Positions 26,501-40,137 of a stretch of DNA of 64,000 bases are shown piece by piece. This DNA comes from Macrostomum lignano (taxonomy: Eukaryota), in assembly GCA_002269645.1 (NCBI GenBank), contig NIVC01000553.1, positions 27,373 to 91,372 of the forward strand. The letters are read 5' to 3'. Position numbers and translations under genes: made by a program. Each line of letters opens with the position of its first letter. Positions within the stretch are counted from its first letter, which is position 1. Below the pieces are notes generated by a model. That model worked only from the letters and a program-made list of their open reading frames with translations, was not told where the DNA came from and did not search any database.

Positions 26501-27311
26501 TTGGCTTTCAATCAGTTGAAAGCTCCCCAGTTCTAAAGTACGAGTATACTCAAAAACATTATCCTAACTTACTAAATCGTACAGCTTATCACAAAAGTAC
26601 TCGCAAATGTGGAATCGTGACTTCTAAGCTCGAGAAGGCCTATTTTTAACTTCTTCCTGTTCACAAGCAGAAAACAGAACTTGGCGGCAACGCGAATGCA
26701 AAGAGGCCGAGGCGCGGAAGGCAGGCTTGAAATAGAAATTATAATAGTTATGGAATTCCGCCTTGAGTCTCTCTGCGCCTCGTCTTCGAGAAGCTGCTCA
26801 AGACAGGTGCAGGTATTGGGATTGGGGCGCAAATGTCTCCTACGGCAGCAGATTGGCCAGGACAGCCTAGGGGGAGCTGAGGCATGAGGAATCCGAAGCT
26901 CCCTTCTCCTCTCTCAACCCCTCTTCTAGCCCGGACTCTGATTGATGAAGCACGAAGACCGCCTCCCAACCTAGCAGACCTAGCCTAAGCCTGTGTTTAG
27001 TGCAAAGACGAGACAGTCGGTTCTTCTGCCTTTAACCAGGGAGTCTTCGTATTGAGCTTTGAGCAAGCCTAGCCGCCTGTAGCCTCTCTGCTAATAATTA
27101 ATAGGAGGCACAACTCAAGAAGAGAGAATTAACAATTGCAAAGTCAAAAGCCAGTGCAGCAAAACCGATTAGCCTGCAGCTGTGCTACCCCAACCCCCCA
27201 TCAGCTCTTATATATAATATAGCTAGGACTGACAACATTTAAGAGTCAAGCCTTATCTGTATGTACAGGTCAACCCGTTACGCCAGCACTCGGAGACCCG
27301 ACCCGGCCGCT

Positions 27312-30300
27312 ATGGAGACGGCATCGAATGCTCTGCTGGATGCAGTGAACCGCGGCAAGAGCCATCTGGTAAAGTTCATTCTGGAGGCCTGCGAGGGCGA
27401 CGTAAGGAAGGCGACTAATTATCGCGACTTCAAAGGCAAAACGCCGCTAATCCGGGCCGTGTACATTACGGTGAGTGGGGCTGTGACGGCGGGGGGGGGG
27501 AGAGTCTGATGAAATCGGGGAGAGAGTCTGATGAAATTGGGGGGGAGTCTGATGAAATTGGGGGAGAGTCTGATGAAATTGGGGAGAGTCTGATGAAATT
27601 GGGGGAGAGTCTGATGAAATTGGGGAGAGTCTGATGAAATTGGGGGAGAGTCTGATGAAATTGGGAGAGTCTGATGAAATTGGGGAGAGTCTGATGAAAT
27701 TGGGGGAGAGTCTGATGAAATTGGGGGAGAGTCTGATGAAATTGGGAGAGTCTGATGAAATTGGGGGGAGTCTGATGAAATTGGGGAGAGTCTGATGAAA
27801 TTGGGGGAGAGTCTGATGAAATTGGGGGAGAGTCTGATGAAATTGGGGGAGAGTCTGATGAAATTGGGGGAGAGTCTGATGAAATTGGGGGAGAGTCTGA
27901 TGAAATTGGGGGAGAGTCTGATGAAATTGGGGGAGAGTTTGATGAAATTGGGGGGAGAGTCTGATGAAATTGGGGGAGAGTCTGATGAAATTGGGGGGAG
28001 AGTCTGATGAAATTGGGGGAGAGTCTGATGAAATTGGGGGGAGAGTCTGATGAAATCGGGGGAGAGTCTGATGAAATTGGGGGAGAGTCTGATGAAATTG
28101 GGGGGAGAGTCTGATGAAATTGGGGGAGAGTCTGATGAAATCGGGGAGAGTCTGATGAAATTGGGGGGAGTCTGATGAAATTGGGGAGAGTCTGATGAAA
28201 TTGGGGGAAAGTCTGATGAAATTGGGGGAGAGTCTGATGAAATCGGGGGGAGAGTCTGATGAAATTGGGGGAGAGTCTGATGAAATCCGTGGGAGAGTCT
28301 GATGAAATCGGGGGGAGAGTCTGATGAAATCGGGGGGAGAGTCTGATGAAATTGGAAAGAGTCTGATGAAATCGGAGAGAGTCTGATGAAATCGGGGGGA
28401 GAGTCTGATGAAATCGGGGGGAGAGTCTGATGAAATTGGAAAGAGTCTGATGAAATCGGAGAGAGTCTGATGAAATCGGGGGGAGAGTCTGATGAAATCG
28501 GGGGGAGAGTCTGATGAAATTGGAAAGAGTCTGATGAAATCGGAGAGAGTCTGATGAAATCGGGGGGAGAGTCTGATGAAATCGGGGGGAGTCTGATGAA
28601 ATTGGAAAGAGTCTGATGAAATCGGAGAGAGTCTGATGAAATCGGGGGGGGGGGAGTCTGATGAAATCGGGGGAGTCTGACAAAGTCTACACAGACAGCT
28701 AACCACTTTTTTGTATAGCAGGCCGAAAAAGACCCTTAAAAGTGCAGCAAAGAGAGGCTAAAACGAAGGATTCGTCAAGGCGGAAAGAAGTCGAGCAGTG
28801 GGGCCACTCCAATTCCATCAGTAATAGGATGATGGGTTGTCCTTTCTTACGACTGTCCCGCTCTATTTAATCCCCGAAAAACCTTATTCCTTACTACCTT
28901 TGCTCTGCGCTAGGTTTAAAATGAGGATTTTGAGCTGACATCTCAGATTGTAGAGACGCTCCTTTAGCTGAATAATGTGCTTGTATAGTTCGGGTAAAAA
29001 GACTAATTATTGTGTCGATGAGTCGAAAGTCGATATTTTAACCTATATGGTTAGGATGGAAATATTGATGCAAAAAATGCAATGCAGGCTTAGATAGCTT
29101 CGAAAGTGAACCTGTCATAGAATCTCATAGAATGTAACAGATAAGAGAGTGCTCATATCTAACAGATAAGAGTGCTCATATCTAACAGATAAGAGTGCTC
29201 ATATCTAACAGATAAGAGTGCTCATATCTAACAGATAAGAGTGCTCATATCTAACAGATAAGAGTGCTCATATCTAACAGATAAGAGTGCTCATATCTAA
29301 CAGATAAGAGTGCTCATATCTAACAGATAAGAGTGCTCATATCTAACAGATAAGAGTGCTCATATCTAACGGCTAAGGATTCCTATATCTAACACACTGA
29401 CTACACCTTGTAATAACATTCAATTTTACAAGTCAGCCACCCGAATACATCAGATGAACTAACTGGATACTCAGGCGGCGCCATTAGCCTTCAAATCATC
29501 AAAGGCGCAACGAACCCTCTGTTCTGAGATAAACAAAATCTGTTATAGAATTCACATGTATAGAATTTTTTCCAACTCAAAAACATCAGTTCCTTAGGCA
29601 AAGTCGCAGTTGCGAAAATACGTTAATTAGAGCCCGCATACCTCTGTCGCCGAATGCATTCCGAAAATATTCGGTCTAAAAATAAATCATAACGAGGCCG
29701 GAGCGCATAAAATCAAAGGACATCGGATGCTGGATTAACTTTCCAATTACAGGAATCTGGGAAATGTTTTGAATATGGGGGGTGGGGCTTTGGGCGCTGC
29801 CGCTCAGCAGGGCGAACGGCTGACACGATGATCACTGAGCAGGCACACACGCATAATAATACAGAGAAAAATCTATAATGGAGAGAAAAATCGATTATGG
29901 AAAGAAAAATCGATAATGCAGAGAAAAATCGATAATTAAGAGAAAAATCGATAATGCAGAGAAAATCGATAATGGAGAGAAAAATCAATAATGGAGAGAA
30001 AAATCAATAATGGAGAGAAAAATCGATAATGGGGAGAAAAATAAAAAAATGGAGGGAAAAACAAATAATGGAGAAAAATCGATAATGGAAAGAAAAATCG
30101 ATAATGGAGAGAAAAATCTATAATTAAGAGAAAAATCGATAATGCAGAGAAAATCGATAATGGCTAGATAAATCGATAATGGGGAGAGACTAATCGATAA
30201 TGGAGAGATACAACATCGATGATGGCGAGTTACTTTCATAATCGGCAAAATTTGGAGCTTGGAGTGGGGCGGCTGCATTGTCCTCACGGGGGTAAATCTT

Positions 30301-32669
30301 TTACCATCATAAGCTCTTAGGCCAATATCCGTGCGCGAAATTTAACTTGGCGCCCTCTATCCAATATTGCCATCCCAAATCTCCACTCCAGGAGGAGAAG
30401 TGCCGTCAAAGAATCATGCAGATGCTCCTGACTCACGGTGCCAATCCCAACTATCAAGACGATGCCGGTCGAACTGCGCTCAGCTACGCTTGCGAACTGC
30501 GTCACAACGACGTTGTTAGGCTGCTAATTAAGCACAATGTCGATCCTGAGATGCCGGACAAAGAGGGTTAGTGCTGGGGAGTGACCATACGCTTGTTAGC
30601 AAAAGATCGTGCACTCTCTTTACCCCATAGACATCAGACATCACCAAGCAGACTGTGCACTCTCTTTACCCCATAGACATCAGACATCACCAAGCAGACT
30701 GTGCACTCTCTTTCCCCATAGACATCAGACATCACCAAGCAGACTGTGCACTCTCTTTACCCCATAGACATCAGACATCACCAAGCAGACTGTGCACTCT
30801 CTTTACCCCATAGACATCAGACATCACCAAGCAGACTGTGCACTCTCTTTACCCCATAGACATCAGACATCACCAAGCAGACTGTGCACTCTCTTTACCC
30901 CATAGACAACACACATCACCAAGCAGACTGTGCACTCTCTTTACCCCATAGACAACACACATCACCAAAGCAGATCGTGCACTCTGTTTAGCTCATAGAC
31001 AAGACCAAGATCGCGCTAATTATACATACATAAAATCAATCTGCAGGCAACACACCTCTGATGCACTGCGCTCGCGTTGGCAACGATACAGGCATCGGCA
31101 TCTTGATCAAATGCTTCCGACGACTCGGTTTAGACATCGACAGGTGCAACAAAGACGGATTCACCGCGATGCTGATAGCTGCTAGGCAGGGCTTCACAGA
31201 GAGCGCTTCTCTGCTGGCCATTGAAGGTCACGCTTCCGTCACTAAGACTGACGAACGGTAATAAGTTAGCTAAATGCAAACAGCGTTCTTTGCATGAACC
31301 CTATTTTCCAACCATATCTATGTAAAGGGCCAAAAAACTTTTAACATTTACGATTGTGAAATGCAAGGGCTAGCAACCTCTTTGAGCAGTGGGATTAGTG
31401 CCTCTATTGAACCATTATCGATCTCAGCCTTTAACTCCTGGGCTTTATAACTACACATTATATCTCTCCGCATCTCAAAATTCGGTTCCCGATAGTTCCA
31501 ACATCTCAAACTTGGGTTCCCGATAGTTCCAACATCTCAAACTTGGGTTGCCGATAGTTCCAACACCTCAACCTTAGGTTCCCGATAGTTCCAACATCTC
31601 AAACTTGTGTTGTCGATAGTTCCAACATCTCAAACTTGGTTTGCCGATAGTTCCAACATCTCAAACTTGGGTTCCCGATAGTTCCAACATCTCAAACTTG
31701 GTTTGCCGATAGTTCCAACATCTCAAACTTGGATTGCTGATAGTTCCAACATCTCAAACTTGGGTTCCCGATAGTTCCAACATCTCAAATGACCATATTG
31801 ACCAACCCGCAATCCATAAACAAAGGTACGGCCGTAACGCGGAGCAGTGGGCCCGTTCCCAAGGCTGCACCACGCCCGAGGTCGCCCTGTTCAGCACGGC
31901 CGCTGAGAAGCTGGTCAAACGCCGACCGAAGTCGCTCCGGGTGGACACCCGACCGGCCTATCCGAGCAGTCGAACTTCGCCATACCGTCCGCCGGCTCAG
32001 CATCAGATGCCGCTGCACCCGCCCTGGAAAAACAGCCGGCCGGGCGCGCGCACGCCCTCCAACAGCCGGAAGTCTCCATCGCCGAGCATCCAGCTGGCGC
32101 CGCCGCCGCCGCCGCCTCAGCCAAGAAAGTCGCTGACACCGAAGGACGCCTCGTCGGCAGCTCTGGGCGCCAGCCGATCCAGAAGCTCAACAATGACAAC
32201 TCTGCTGACCAATAGTCGAACAACCGTTCGTGGCAGCATCAGCAGCGTGGGCAGCGGAGGCAGCGGTGCCGAATCCAGCACAGCTAGCCGGTCCCGACCA
32301 GTCAGGGGGGTAGCTGTGCCAACAACAAAAGCATCGGGCGCCAACAGTCGACGAGCTAGCAGAGAATCCACCACGTCGACAACTAAGAAAAAGCAGCAGC
32401 AGTCAGTTGCTGTGGCGGCGGCCGCAAGCAACTCGGAGCGCAAGGACTCCACTGACGGGTCCCTAAGCGACGCAGACTTGGACGAGTTGTACAACGCTCT
32501 CACAAGCAACTACACTGTGGAGGAGATGTCAAAACGAGCCGGACTGTTAACTAGCAACGGGCAGAAACAGCGACAACAAGAAGATCAAAATGAAGACCAG
32601 GAAAATGATGAAGACACCAACTATGGAGATGTGGCGACGTCAGTTAGTCTGACCAATTTGCACCTGTAA
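27312..32669 (+). CDS. Ankyrin-repeat protein, ANKRD63-like, with long low-complexity C-terminus; exons 27312-27470, 30392-30566, 31047-31257, 31826-32669
   Basis: Phases 0,1,2 are consistent. Ankyrin motifs GKTPLIRAV, GRTALSYAC, GNTPLMHCA, GFTAMLIAA. LLDAVNRGKSHLVKFILEA and FRRLGLDIDRCN resemble ANKRD63 (recalled, not searched). Confidence 0.85.
27495..28685. repeat. 21-23-bp G-tract minisatellite, ankyrin gene intron 1
   Basis: Unit GAGAGTCTGATGAAATYGGGG(G). Confidence 0.95.
29135..29372. repeat. 23-bp near-perfect tandem repeat
   Basis: Unit AACAGATAAGAGTGCTCATATCT. Confidence 0.95.
29865..30210. repeat. Degenerate about 20-bp repeat
   Basis: Unit GAGAAAAATCGATAATGGA. Confidence 0.85.
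30605..30990. repeat. 46-bp minisatellite, ankyrin gene intron 2
   Basis: Unit CACTCTCTTTACCCCATAGACATCAGACATCACCAAGCAGACTGTG. Confidence 0.95.
31480..31790. repeat. 31-bp minisatellite, ankyrin gene intron 3
   Basis: Unit CCCGATAGTTCCAACATCTCAAACTTGGGTT. Confidence 0.95.
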
Positions 32670-32974
32670 ATTCTTAAGTACACCTGTACAAGCTGTCTAC
32701 AGGTACAAGCAATAATTTTGGACAAGACAGTAGGAGCCTACATCGCTAGTTACCAGTATTAGTGGACATAGCCATTAGTACGAAGTCGAAACCTCACCTC
32801 CCCAAAAAAGCAACTTGATTACAGATTTAATGCATCCGCTAAGCCTGATACACTGTAGAATGCAATTTAAATGCACAGATCTATTCAACCCATAGTAGGA
32901 TTGATTTTTTTGCTATACGTGGAACTTAAAGGAAGCCTACTATTTGTTTCGCACTCATACGAAGTCCTTTGACT

Positions 32975-34001
32975 TTCTGCCTGCGGCGCTAAAATGAGTG
33001 CCTGCGGCGCTAAAATGAGTGCCTGCGGCGCTAAAATGAGTGCCTGCGACGCTAAAATGAGTGCCTGCGGCGCCAAAATGAGTGCCTGCGGCGCTAAAAT
33101 GAGTGCCTGCGGCGCTAAAATGAGTGCCTGCGGCGCTAAAATGAGTGCCTGCGGCGCTGAAGTGAGTGCCTGCGGCGCTAAAATGAGTGCCTGCGGCGCT
33201 GAAGTGAGTGCCTGCGGCGCTGAAGTGAGTGCCTGCGGCGCTGAAATGAGTGCCTGCGGCGCTGAAATGAGTGCCTGCGGCGCTGAAATGAGTGCCTGCG
33301 GCGCTGAAATGAGTGCCTGCGGCGCTGAAATGAGTGCCTGCGGCGCTGAAATGAGTGCCTGCGGCGCTGAAATGAGTGCCTGCGGCGCTGAAATGAGTGC
33401 CTGCGGCGCTGAAATGAGTGCCTGCGGCGCTAAAATGAGTGCCTGTGGCGCTGAAATGAGTGCCTGTGGCGCTAAAATGAGTGCCTGCAGAACCAAAATA
33501 AGTTGCCTGAGACACCAAAATGAGTGCCTGCAGAACCAAAAAGTGCCTGCGGCGCTCAAAGGAGTGCATGAGGCGCTTAAAGGAGTGCATGAGGCGCCAA
33601 AATGAGTGCCTGCGGCGCTAAAATGAGTGTCTGCGGCGCTAAAAGGAGTGCATGAGGCGCTTAAAGGAGTGCATGAGGCGCCAAAATGAGTGTCTGAGGC
33701 GCCAAAATGAGTGTCTGAGGCGCCAAAATGAGTGCCTGAGGCGCCAAAATGAGTGCCTGAGGCGCCAAAATGAGTGCCTGCGGCGCCAAAATGAGTGTCT
33801 GCGGCGCCAAAATGAGTGCTTTCGGCGCTAAAATGAGTGCCTGAGGCACAAAACGAGTGCCTATGGCGCTAAAATGATTGCCTGCGACGCTAAAATGAGT
33901 GCCTGCGGCGCCAAATGTGTGCTGACAATACTGATTTTTTTAAAATGTACATGTAGAATTTTTAGCTTTGTCCCCCACCATAACACCCATGGCGACGCCT
34001 A
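32975..34001. mobile_element. Second copy of the 21-bp GGCGCYAAAATGAGTGCCTGC array followed by the same MITE right end
   Basis: Array about 32975-33915, then TACATGT...CCATAA..CCCATGGCGACGCC as at 25190-25265. Left TIR not found. Confidence 0.7.
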
Positions 34002-34644
34002 GATGAACTTTACCCACTAGTTTCAGGGTTGGAAACTTTAACATATTGGCTGAGTGTTCTTTTATTTTGTTCTTTTATCTTTTAAAACTGAAGCAGGTGA
34101 TTTCGCTTATCAACCACTTGTCTTAGCACTCGCTAGCTGAATAAACATGACGCAATAAAAATACACAGAAAAGACAAACGGTATTATTTTCTTGCATTGA
34201 AGCTCTGCTTGTTTAGAAAGATCTAAAAGCAAACAAAGTTAATTCTCAATATTTTTAACGCAAGTAATTTTTTTATTTCTTTGAAAAGCAGATTTTGTAT
34301 TTAAAATTTTTTTTGCTGCAAAAGGCACAATGGCTACTTGAAATTGGTTATCGAATTAAAATTCGAGTGGCTCTACTTATTTTACCAGTTAAGCCTCATA
34401 TATACTACTACTATCACAGTTTAGAGCGGCAAAGCACGAATGAAAAAAACACATTCAAGTAGCTTACTAACAGTAGACGAACAAGCGAGTTGTAGGAATT
34501 TTTTTAAAACGAACAAGAAAAAAGCAGAAAGCAGGCGACAGGCACAAACAAAAAACTTTGAAAAAGGAAGAAAAATCAAAACAAAACAACAAATGTTCAA
34601 TTCTGAGCGGAATGCTTGGCTGTGCGAGCTGAAGACCCAAGAGC

Positions 34645-37600
34645 TTAATTAGCTTCATTGGCTGTCTCGTCTGAATCCTCTGGCCCAACAAGAATGTTGC
34701 TGATGCCCTGAAATAAATCAGTTTCAGAGAACCAGTTTTACTCAGAGTGACTAGACCCTATTTACATAGTATAACAAGACCCGCTCACTCGAAGACTCGA
34801 TTCAATCAGAGAGTGAAAATACCCAAGTCACTCAGAGAGATCGACAAGAACCAATTCCCTCTAGGAGAGTGACAAGACAGTTCATTCAGAGAGTGACAAG
34901 ACCGAATTCACTCGGAGAGTGACAAGACCCAATTCACTCGGAGAGTGACAAGAGCCAATTCACTCGGAAAGTGACAAGACCCAATTCACTCGGAGTGACA
35001 AGATTCAATTCACTCGGAGAGTGACAAGACCCAATTCACTCGGAGAGTGACAAGACCCGATTCACTCGGAGAGTGACAAGACCCAATTCACTCGGAGTGA
35101 CAAGACCCAATTCACTCGGAGAGTGACAAGACCCAATTCACTCGGAGAGTGACAAGACCCAATTCACTCGGAGAGTGACAAGACCCAATTCACTCGGAGA
35201 GTGACAAGACCCAATTCACTCGGAGTGACAAGACCCAATTCACTCGGAGTGACAAGACCCAATTCACTCGGAGTGACAAGAGCCAATTCACTCGGAGAGT
35301 GACAAGACCCAATTCACTCGGAGAGTGACAAGACCCAATTCACTCGGAGTGACAAGACCCAATTCACTCGGAGTGACAAGACCCAATTCACTCGGAGTGA
35401 CAAGAGCCAATTCACTCGGAGAGTGACAAGACCCAATTCACTCGGAGTGACAAGACCCAATTCACTCGGAGTGACAAGACCCAATTCACTCGGAGAGTGA
35501 CAAGACCCAATTCACTCGGAGTGACAAGAGCCAATTCACTCGGAGTGACAAGACCCAATTCACTTGGAGTGACAAGACCCAATTCACTCGGAGAGTGACA
35601 AGACCCAATTCACTCAGTGACAAGAGCCAATTCACTCGGAGTGACAAGACCCAATTCACTTGGAGTGACCAGACCCAATTCACTCGGAGAGTGACAAGAC
35701 CCAATTCACTCGGAGTGACAAGACCCAATTCACTCGGAGTGACAAGACCCAATTCACTCGGAGTGACAAGAGCCAATTCACTCGGAGAGTGACAAGACCC
35801 AATTCACTCGGAGAGTGACGAGAGCCAATTTACTCGGAGAGTGACAAGACCCAATTCACTCGGAGAGTGACAAGACCCAATTCACTCGGAGAGTGACGAG
35901 AGCCAATTTACTCGGAGAGTGACAAGACCCAATTCACTCGGAGTGACAAGACCCAATTCACTCGGGGTGACAAGAACCCAGTTATCACTACGAGAGTGAA
36001 TCTTAATGACCTACCTTCCAATGCGCTGGTAAAGCCATCAGCTCAGTGGCGCCTCTCAAGTCAATCCTTGGTGCCCGACTACTCAATGGTTCCTCAGCGT
36101 CTCCAGCCGCAGCTCCATCTGCTCCGGGGGCCATAATCTGCATCAGCAATTCGTCGCTTAAACAATCTGGACTCAGAGGATTCGCCCGCAGCAGCAGATG
36201 ACGCAGACAGCTGGCTAGCAGAGGCAGCAGAGGTGGCGGCACCTCTACAAACCGATTAGCGGTCAGGTTGACTAAATTCAAGCGCTGACAATTGGCCAGA
36301 CTGTCTGGCAGTTCAGTCAGCTGGTTCTCCTCGGCGCTGAGCCACTCCAGACACGTGCAGCGGCCAATTGACTCCGGCAGGCTGTTCAATCTGTTGTAGT
36401 TCAGGCCGAGCTGTTTCAAATTCGGCATCCCAGCGAATAGCTGGTCGGGCAGTCCTGACAGCTGGCATGCGTGCAGCCACAGGTGGGTCAGGCCGGCCAG
36501 TTTGCACAGGGTGTCCGGCACGGCGCACAGGGGATTGTAGCTGGCGCTGAGGATGCGGAGATGCTCCAGCTGGCCCAGACTGCTTGGCAACAGGCTGAGA
36601 CAGTTGTGGTCCAGGGTGAGCTCCTGTGGATGGGGGATTGATGCCTGTGCTAGCTGACTGACACTGAGACAGTAGAGCAGACAGGCAGACAGACAGACAG
36701 ACAGACAGACAGACAGGCAGACAGACAGACAGACAGACAGGCAGACACACAGATGAACAGACAGACAGACAGGCAGGCAGACAGACAGACAGACAGACAG
36801 ACAGACAGGCAGGCAGGCAGTCAGACAGACAGACAGACAGACAGACAGGCAGACAGACAGACAGACAGACAGGCAGACAGACAGACAGACAGACAGGCAG
36901 ACACACAGATGAACAGACAGACAGACAGGCAGGCAGGCAGACAGACAGACAGACAGACAGACAGGCAGACAGACAGACGAACAGACAGACAGACAGGCAG
37001 ACAGACAGACAGACAGACAGGCAGACAGACAGACGAACAGACAGACAGACAGGCAGACAGACAGACAGACAGAGACAGGCAGACAGACAGACGAACAGAC
37101 AGACAGACAGGCAGACAGACAGACGAACAGACAGACAGAGACAGACAGACAGACAGTCAGACAGACAAACAGTCAGACAGACAGACAGTCAGACAGACAC
37201 TGGGACACTAAATTTAGACATAAGATAGACAGAGACAGACAGAGAGCCATTAAGACACGCAGACAGACAGATTTAAGACACGCAGACAAGCAGATAGACA
37301 CACAGGTACACGCGAAGACAGCAAAACAGAGACAAACAGAAACTAAAACACAAAGAAATACAGGTGAACATTTTTGGAATTTGCGCTCCTGCATAGAAAT
37401 TATATGCTGATTGCTTTGCATTAGTCTGAAGGTCATTTATATATTTTAGAAAATAAACTGTAAAAAGTAGGCTTTTCAAATAATTTAATCCACTTTATAT
37501 TTTTACCTCTGCATTTTTAGTTGAGCATTTATTAAAAATACGCATTAAAGTTTTATATTTCTACTTTCAGTAGACTAACTAGCCGCGGCGCCAAATTTAT

Positions 37601-38842
37601 GCGAGTAAAATAGACAAATCTCGCAATTGCCAGGCTGGAAATGCAATTGCTATATTTATAGTAGTTAAAAAGTGGGTGAGCAGCGGGGCAGGCAAAGCCA
37701 AGCGGTTACTTCGAATTGAATAAACTGAAACAGAATCCTTTAGTTGCACCCCGTAGGGCAACCCTCCCACGTACCGCTAGCGCCATCCTGCCTTTTTGTT
37801 TAAACACGAAAACTACTGATAAGAGAATTAATTATACACGCTTGTAGTTATAAAACATCGATACAAATAATACCTTCTAATTAATACTACTTTTACGATT
37901 AATTCAGCAACTTGTGAAAAATTTCCTACTTCTTATTTTTCTACTTACAGTAGACTACACGGACATGCAGGAAAAATCTGCTCCGATAGTTTTAAAAAGA
38001 CAATTTTATTGATACAGAGGAGATGGAATAAAAAAGGAGGGACAGATGGACTGACAATAACACCGAAATAGACTGATTGGCCGAGTTAGACAAGACGATT
38101 ACACAAACATTAGGGCACGTAGAAAAGCGGACACTAAGACGCGCAGACAGACAGACAACAGGCAGCCATAAAGACAGGCAGACACAGAAATTACGACAAG
38201 CAGACAGACATTAAGTCAGGCAGACCGGCAAAAATTAAGACAGACAGACATTAAGACACGCAGACAGACACACATTAAGACACGCAGACAGACACACATT
38301 AAGACACGCAGACAGACACACATTAAGACACGCAGACACGCAGACAGACAGACATTAAGACACGCAGACAGGCAGACATTAAGACAGACAGACATTAAGA
38401 CACGCAGACAGGCAGACATTAAGACAGACAAACATTAAGACACGCAAGCCCAACAGACCTGCAGCTCCGGCAGGAGGTCGCCAATCTCGCTTGGCGGTGC
38501 CACCAGCCGGTTGTTATTCAGGTAGAGCCGGCGCAGGTCCTGACCCAGCCTAGCCAGACTGGGCGGCAGGATGGTGAGGCGGCGGTAGCTGAGGTTCAAG
38601 CTGGACCGGCTAGCCGGGTTCTTATTGGTCAGCAGGCGGCAGATCTGCCGCTCAGAGTCTGCCAGGAGTTCCAGATCGGACTGAGGCGGCGGCGGCTGCT
38701 GCTGATGGCGATGGCTGAGGCTGCCGCCGCTGCCGCTGACGACGCCGCTGTCGCCGCTGGCCGGCCTGGACGACGTCGCCGAGCGAAGTCGGGCTCGAGG
38801 CGATCGCCTAGCAGTAGAAGCGCCGCCACCTTGCGTTGTCAT
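34645..38842 (-). CDS. Leucine-rich repeat protein (about 352 aa); exons 38842-38459, 36623-36015, 34707-34645
   Basis: Repeated LxxLxLxxNxLxxLP units (LRRLYLNNNRL, LRILSASYNPL, LKQLGLNYNRL, LEWLSAEENQL). Junctions are phase 0. The third exon is inferred from donor AAG|GTAGGT and acceptor TTTCAG|G. Confidence 0.8.
34860..36000. repeat. 24/26-bp minisatellite, LRR gene intron 2
   Basis: Unit GAGTGACAAGACCCAATTCACTCG(GA). Confidence 0.95.
36675..37300. repeat. (CAGA)n microsatellite, LRR gene intron 1
   Basis: Long ACAG/GCAG tetranucleotide run. Confidence 0.95.
38135..38450. repeat. CAGA-derived minisatellite near the LRR exon 1 donor
   Basis: Unit ATTAAGACACGCAGACAGACAC. Confidence 0.85.
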
Positions 38843-39169
38843 GACAACAGCAACAATTAGTTTAGCAAGCGCTCTCTGTGCGGTGCCTTTGACATGAAAA
38901 GTCAATCAAGTGGACGGCGTCTTTATAGAAAGAACTCACAGTTCACGGCTTCTGATAATTAGGGTGAAGAGGCGAGAAATTCCCCTCTGAACCAATTAAA
39001 AAATTCCCTATTAGCCGAGAGAAATACCCCTCAACTAAACGAAAAATTCCCGAATAACCAAGAGAGAAATTCCCCTCTCAATCAATAAAAATTCACTAAT
39101 AACCGAAAGAAAAATTCCCCAATAACCGAAAGATAAACTTTCTGAACAATCGATAATTTTCTATTAGCC

Positions 39170-39385
39170 TATCAAGAGATGCTAAGCAAGAAATTCCCCA
39201 TTAGCTAAGCAAGAAGTTCCCTATTAGCTAAGCAAGAAATTCCCCATTAGCTAAGAAGAAATTCCCCATTAGCTAAGCAAGAAGTTCCCCATTAGCTAAG
39301 CAAGAAGTTCCCCATTAGCTAAGCAAGAAATTCCCTATTAGCTAAGCAAGAAATTCCCTATTAGCTAAGCAAGAAATTCCCCTTT
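39170..39385. repeat. 23-bp minisatellite upstream of the LRR gene
   Basis: Unit GCTAAGCAAGAAATTCCCCATTA, with a degenerate extension to about 39000. Confidence 0.9.
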
Positions 39386-40137
39386 AACTAACCGAGAAAT
39401 CTCTAATAAATAAGCGAGAAAAATCGCAATACAGACAGTCATTTAAAACTGCAGTCTGCAAATTTTTATTGAAATTTATATTATAAACAAGTTGTAACAA
39501 AACATTTTTAGTATTAACCTAATTGGCAAGCATACCACAGAGGCCGAGATTAAGCATTCAAAATATTTCAGTGCTCTGTATAAGGTTATATAATGTATGT
39601 AGTAATATTATAACAAAATTATGTATAACTATTGGAAGAACTATTCCCAGCTGTAACATTATACAGCAAAAGACATACCTCTGGATGAGATAGAAATATA
39701 AAGATGAATAAATGTTATTCAAAACACAAGAGGAAACCAAAATATTTACATTTATAAACAAAACTCATATTGGGAGAATTTTTTACGAAGTCTTGGCAGA
39801 TTATGAAAGAAAAATACAAATATGCCTACTTGAAGTAGCTGAACCGGACGAAAAAATTGCCTTTAATTGTTTTTAATCAAGCTGACATGAAGTTTATTGC
39901 CGGGCGATGTGAATGAGCTGATTTCATTCCTGTAGCTGTATTTAATTTGTACTGAGACAGGATTTATAGACCATCAACTATTGAAAAAGTACAAAAAGTC
40001 TAGTAAATCTGGAAAGTGCATCCTTAAGCCATCAATTAGGCATTCAACAAATACGTTGCAAAAATGTTAAAAATTTAAAAAAAATTCGCCCCTAACTCAA
40101 ACTGAACTGACGGGCACCTTCATGTCTTTTAGTTGAG

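Noticed and set aside
27261-27311. Upstream ATG at 27261 as the ankyrin gene start
   Set aside because: It overlaps an acceptor-like TGTATGTACAG, so ATG 27312 (METASNALLDAV) fits better. This is not proven.
27447-28706. 405-419-aa repeat ORFs, and a CTGATGA hammerhead-core motif in each unit
   Set aside because: This is an intronic array. The 21-23-bp units cannot form hammerhead stems I-III. The same applies to the CTGATGA on the minus strand of the 40138-41160 array.
32885-33849. ORFs MSACGAK / APQALIL / SAAGTHF
   Set aside because: They are three frames of the 21-bp MITE-borne minisatellite; the same applies at 24564-25131.
36313-37479. CLSV / RQTD repeat ORFs
   Set aside because: They are translations of the CAGA microsatellite in LRR intron 1.
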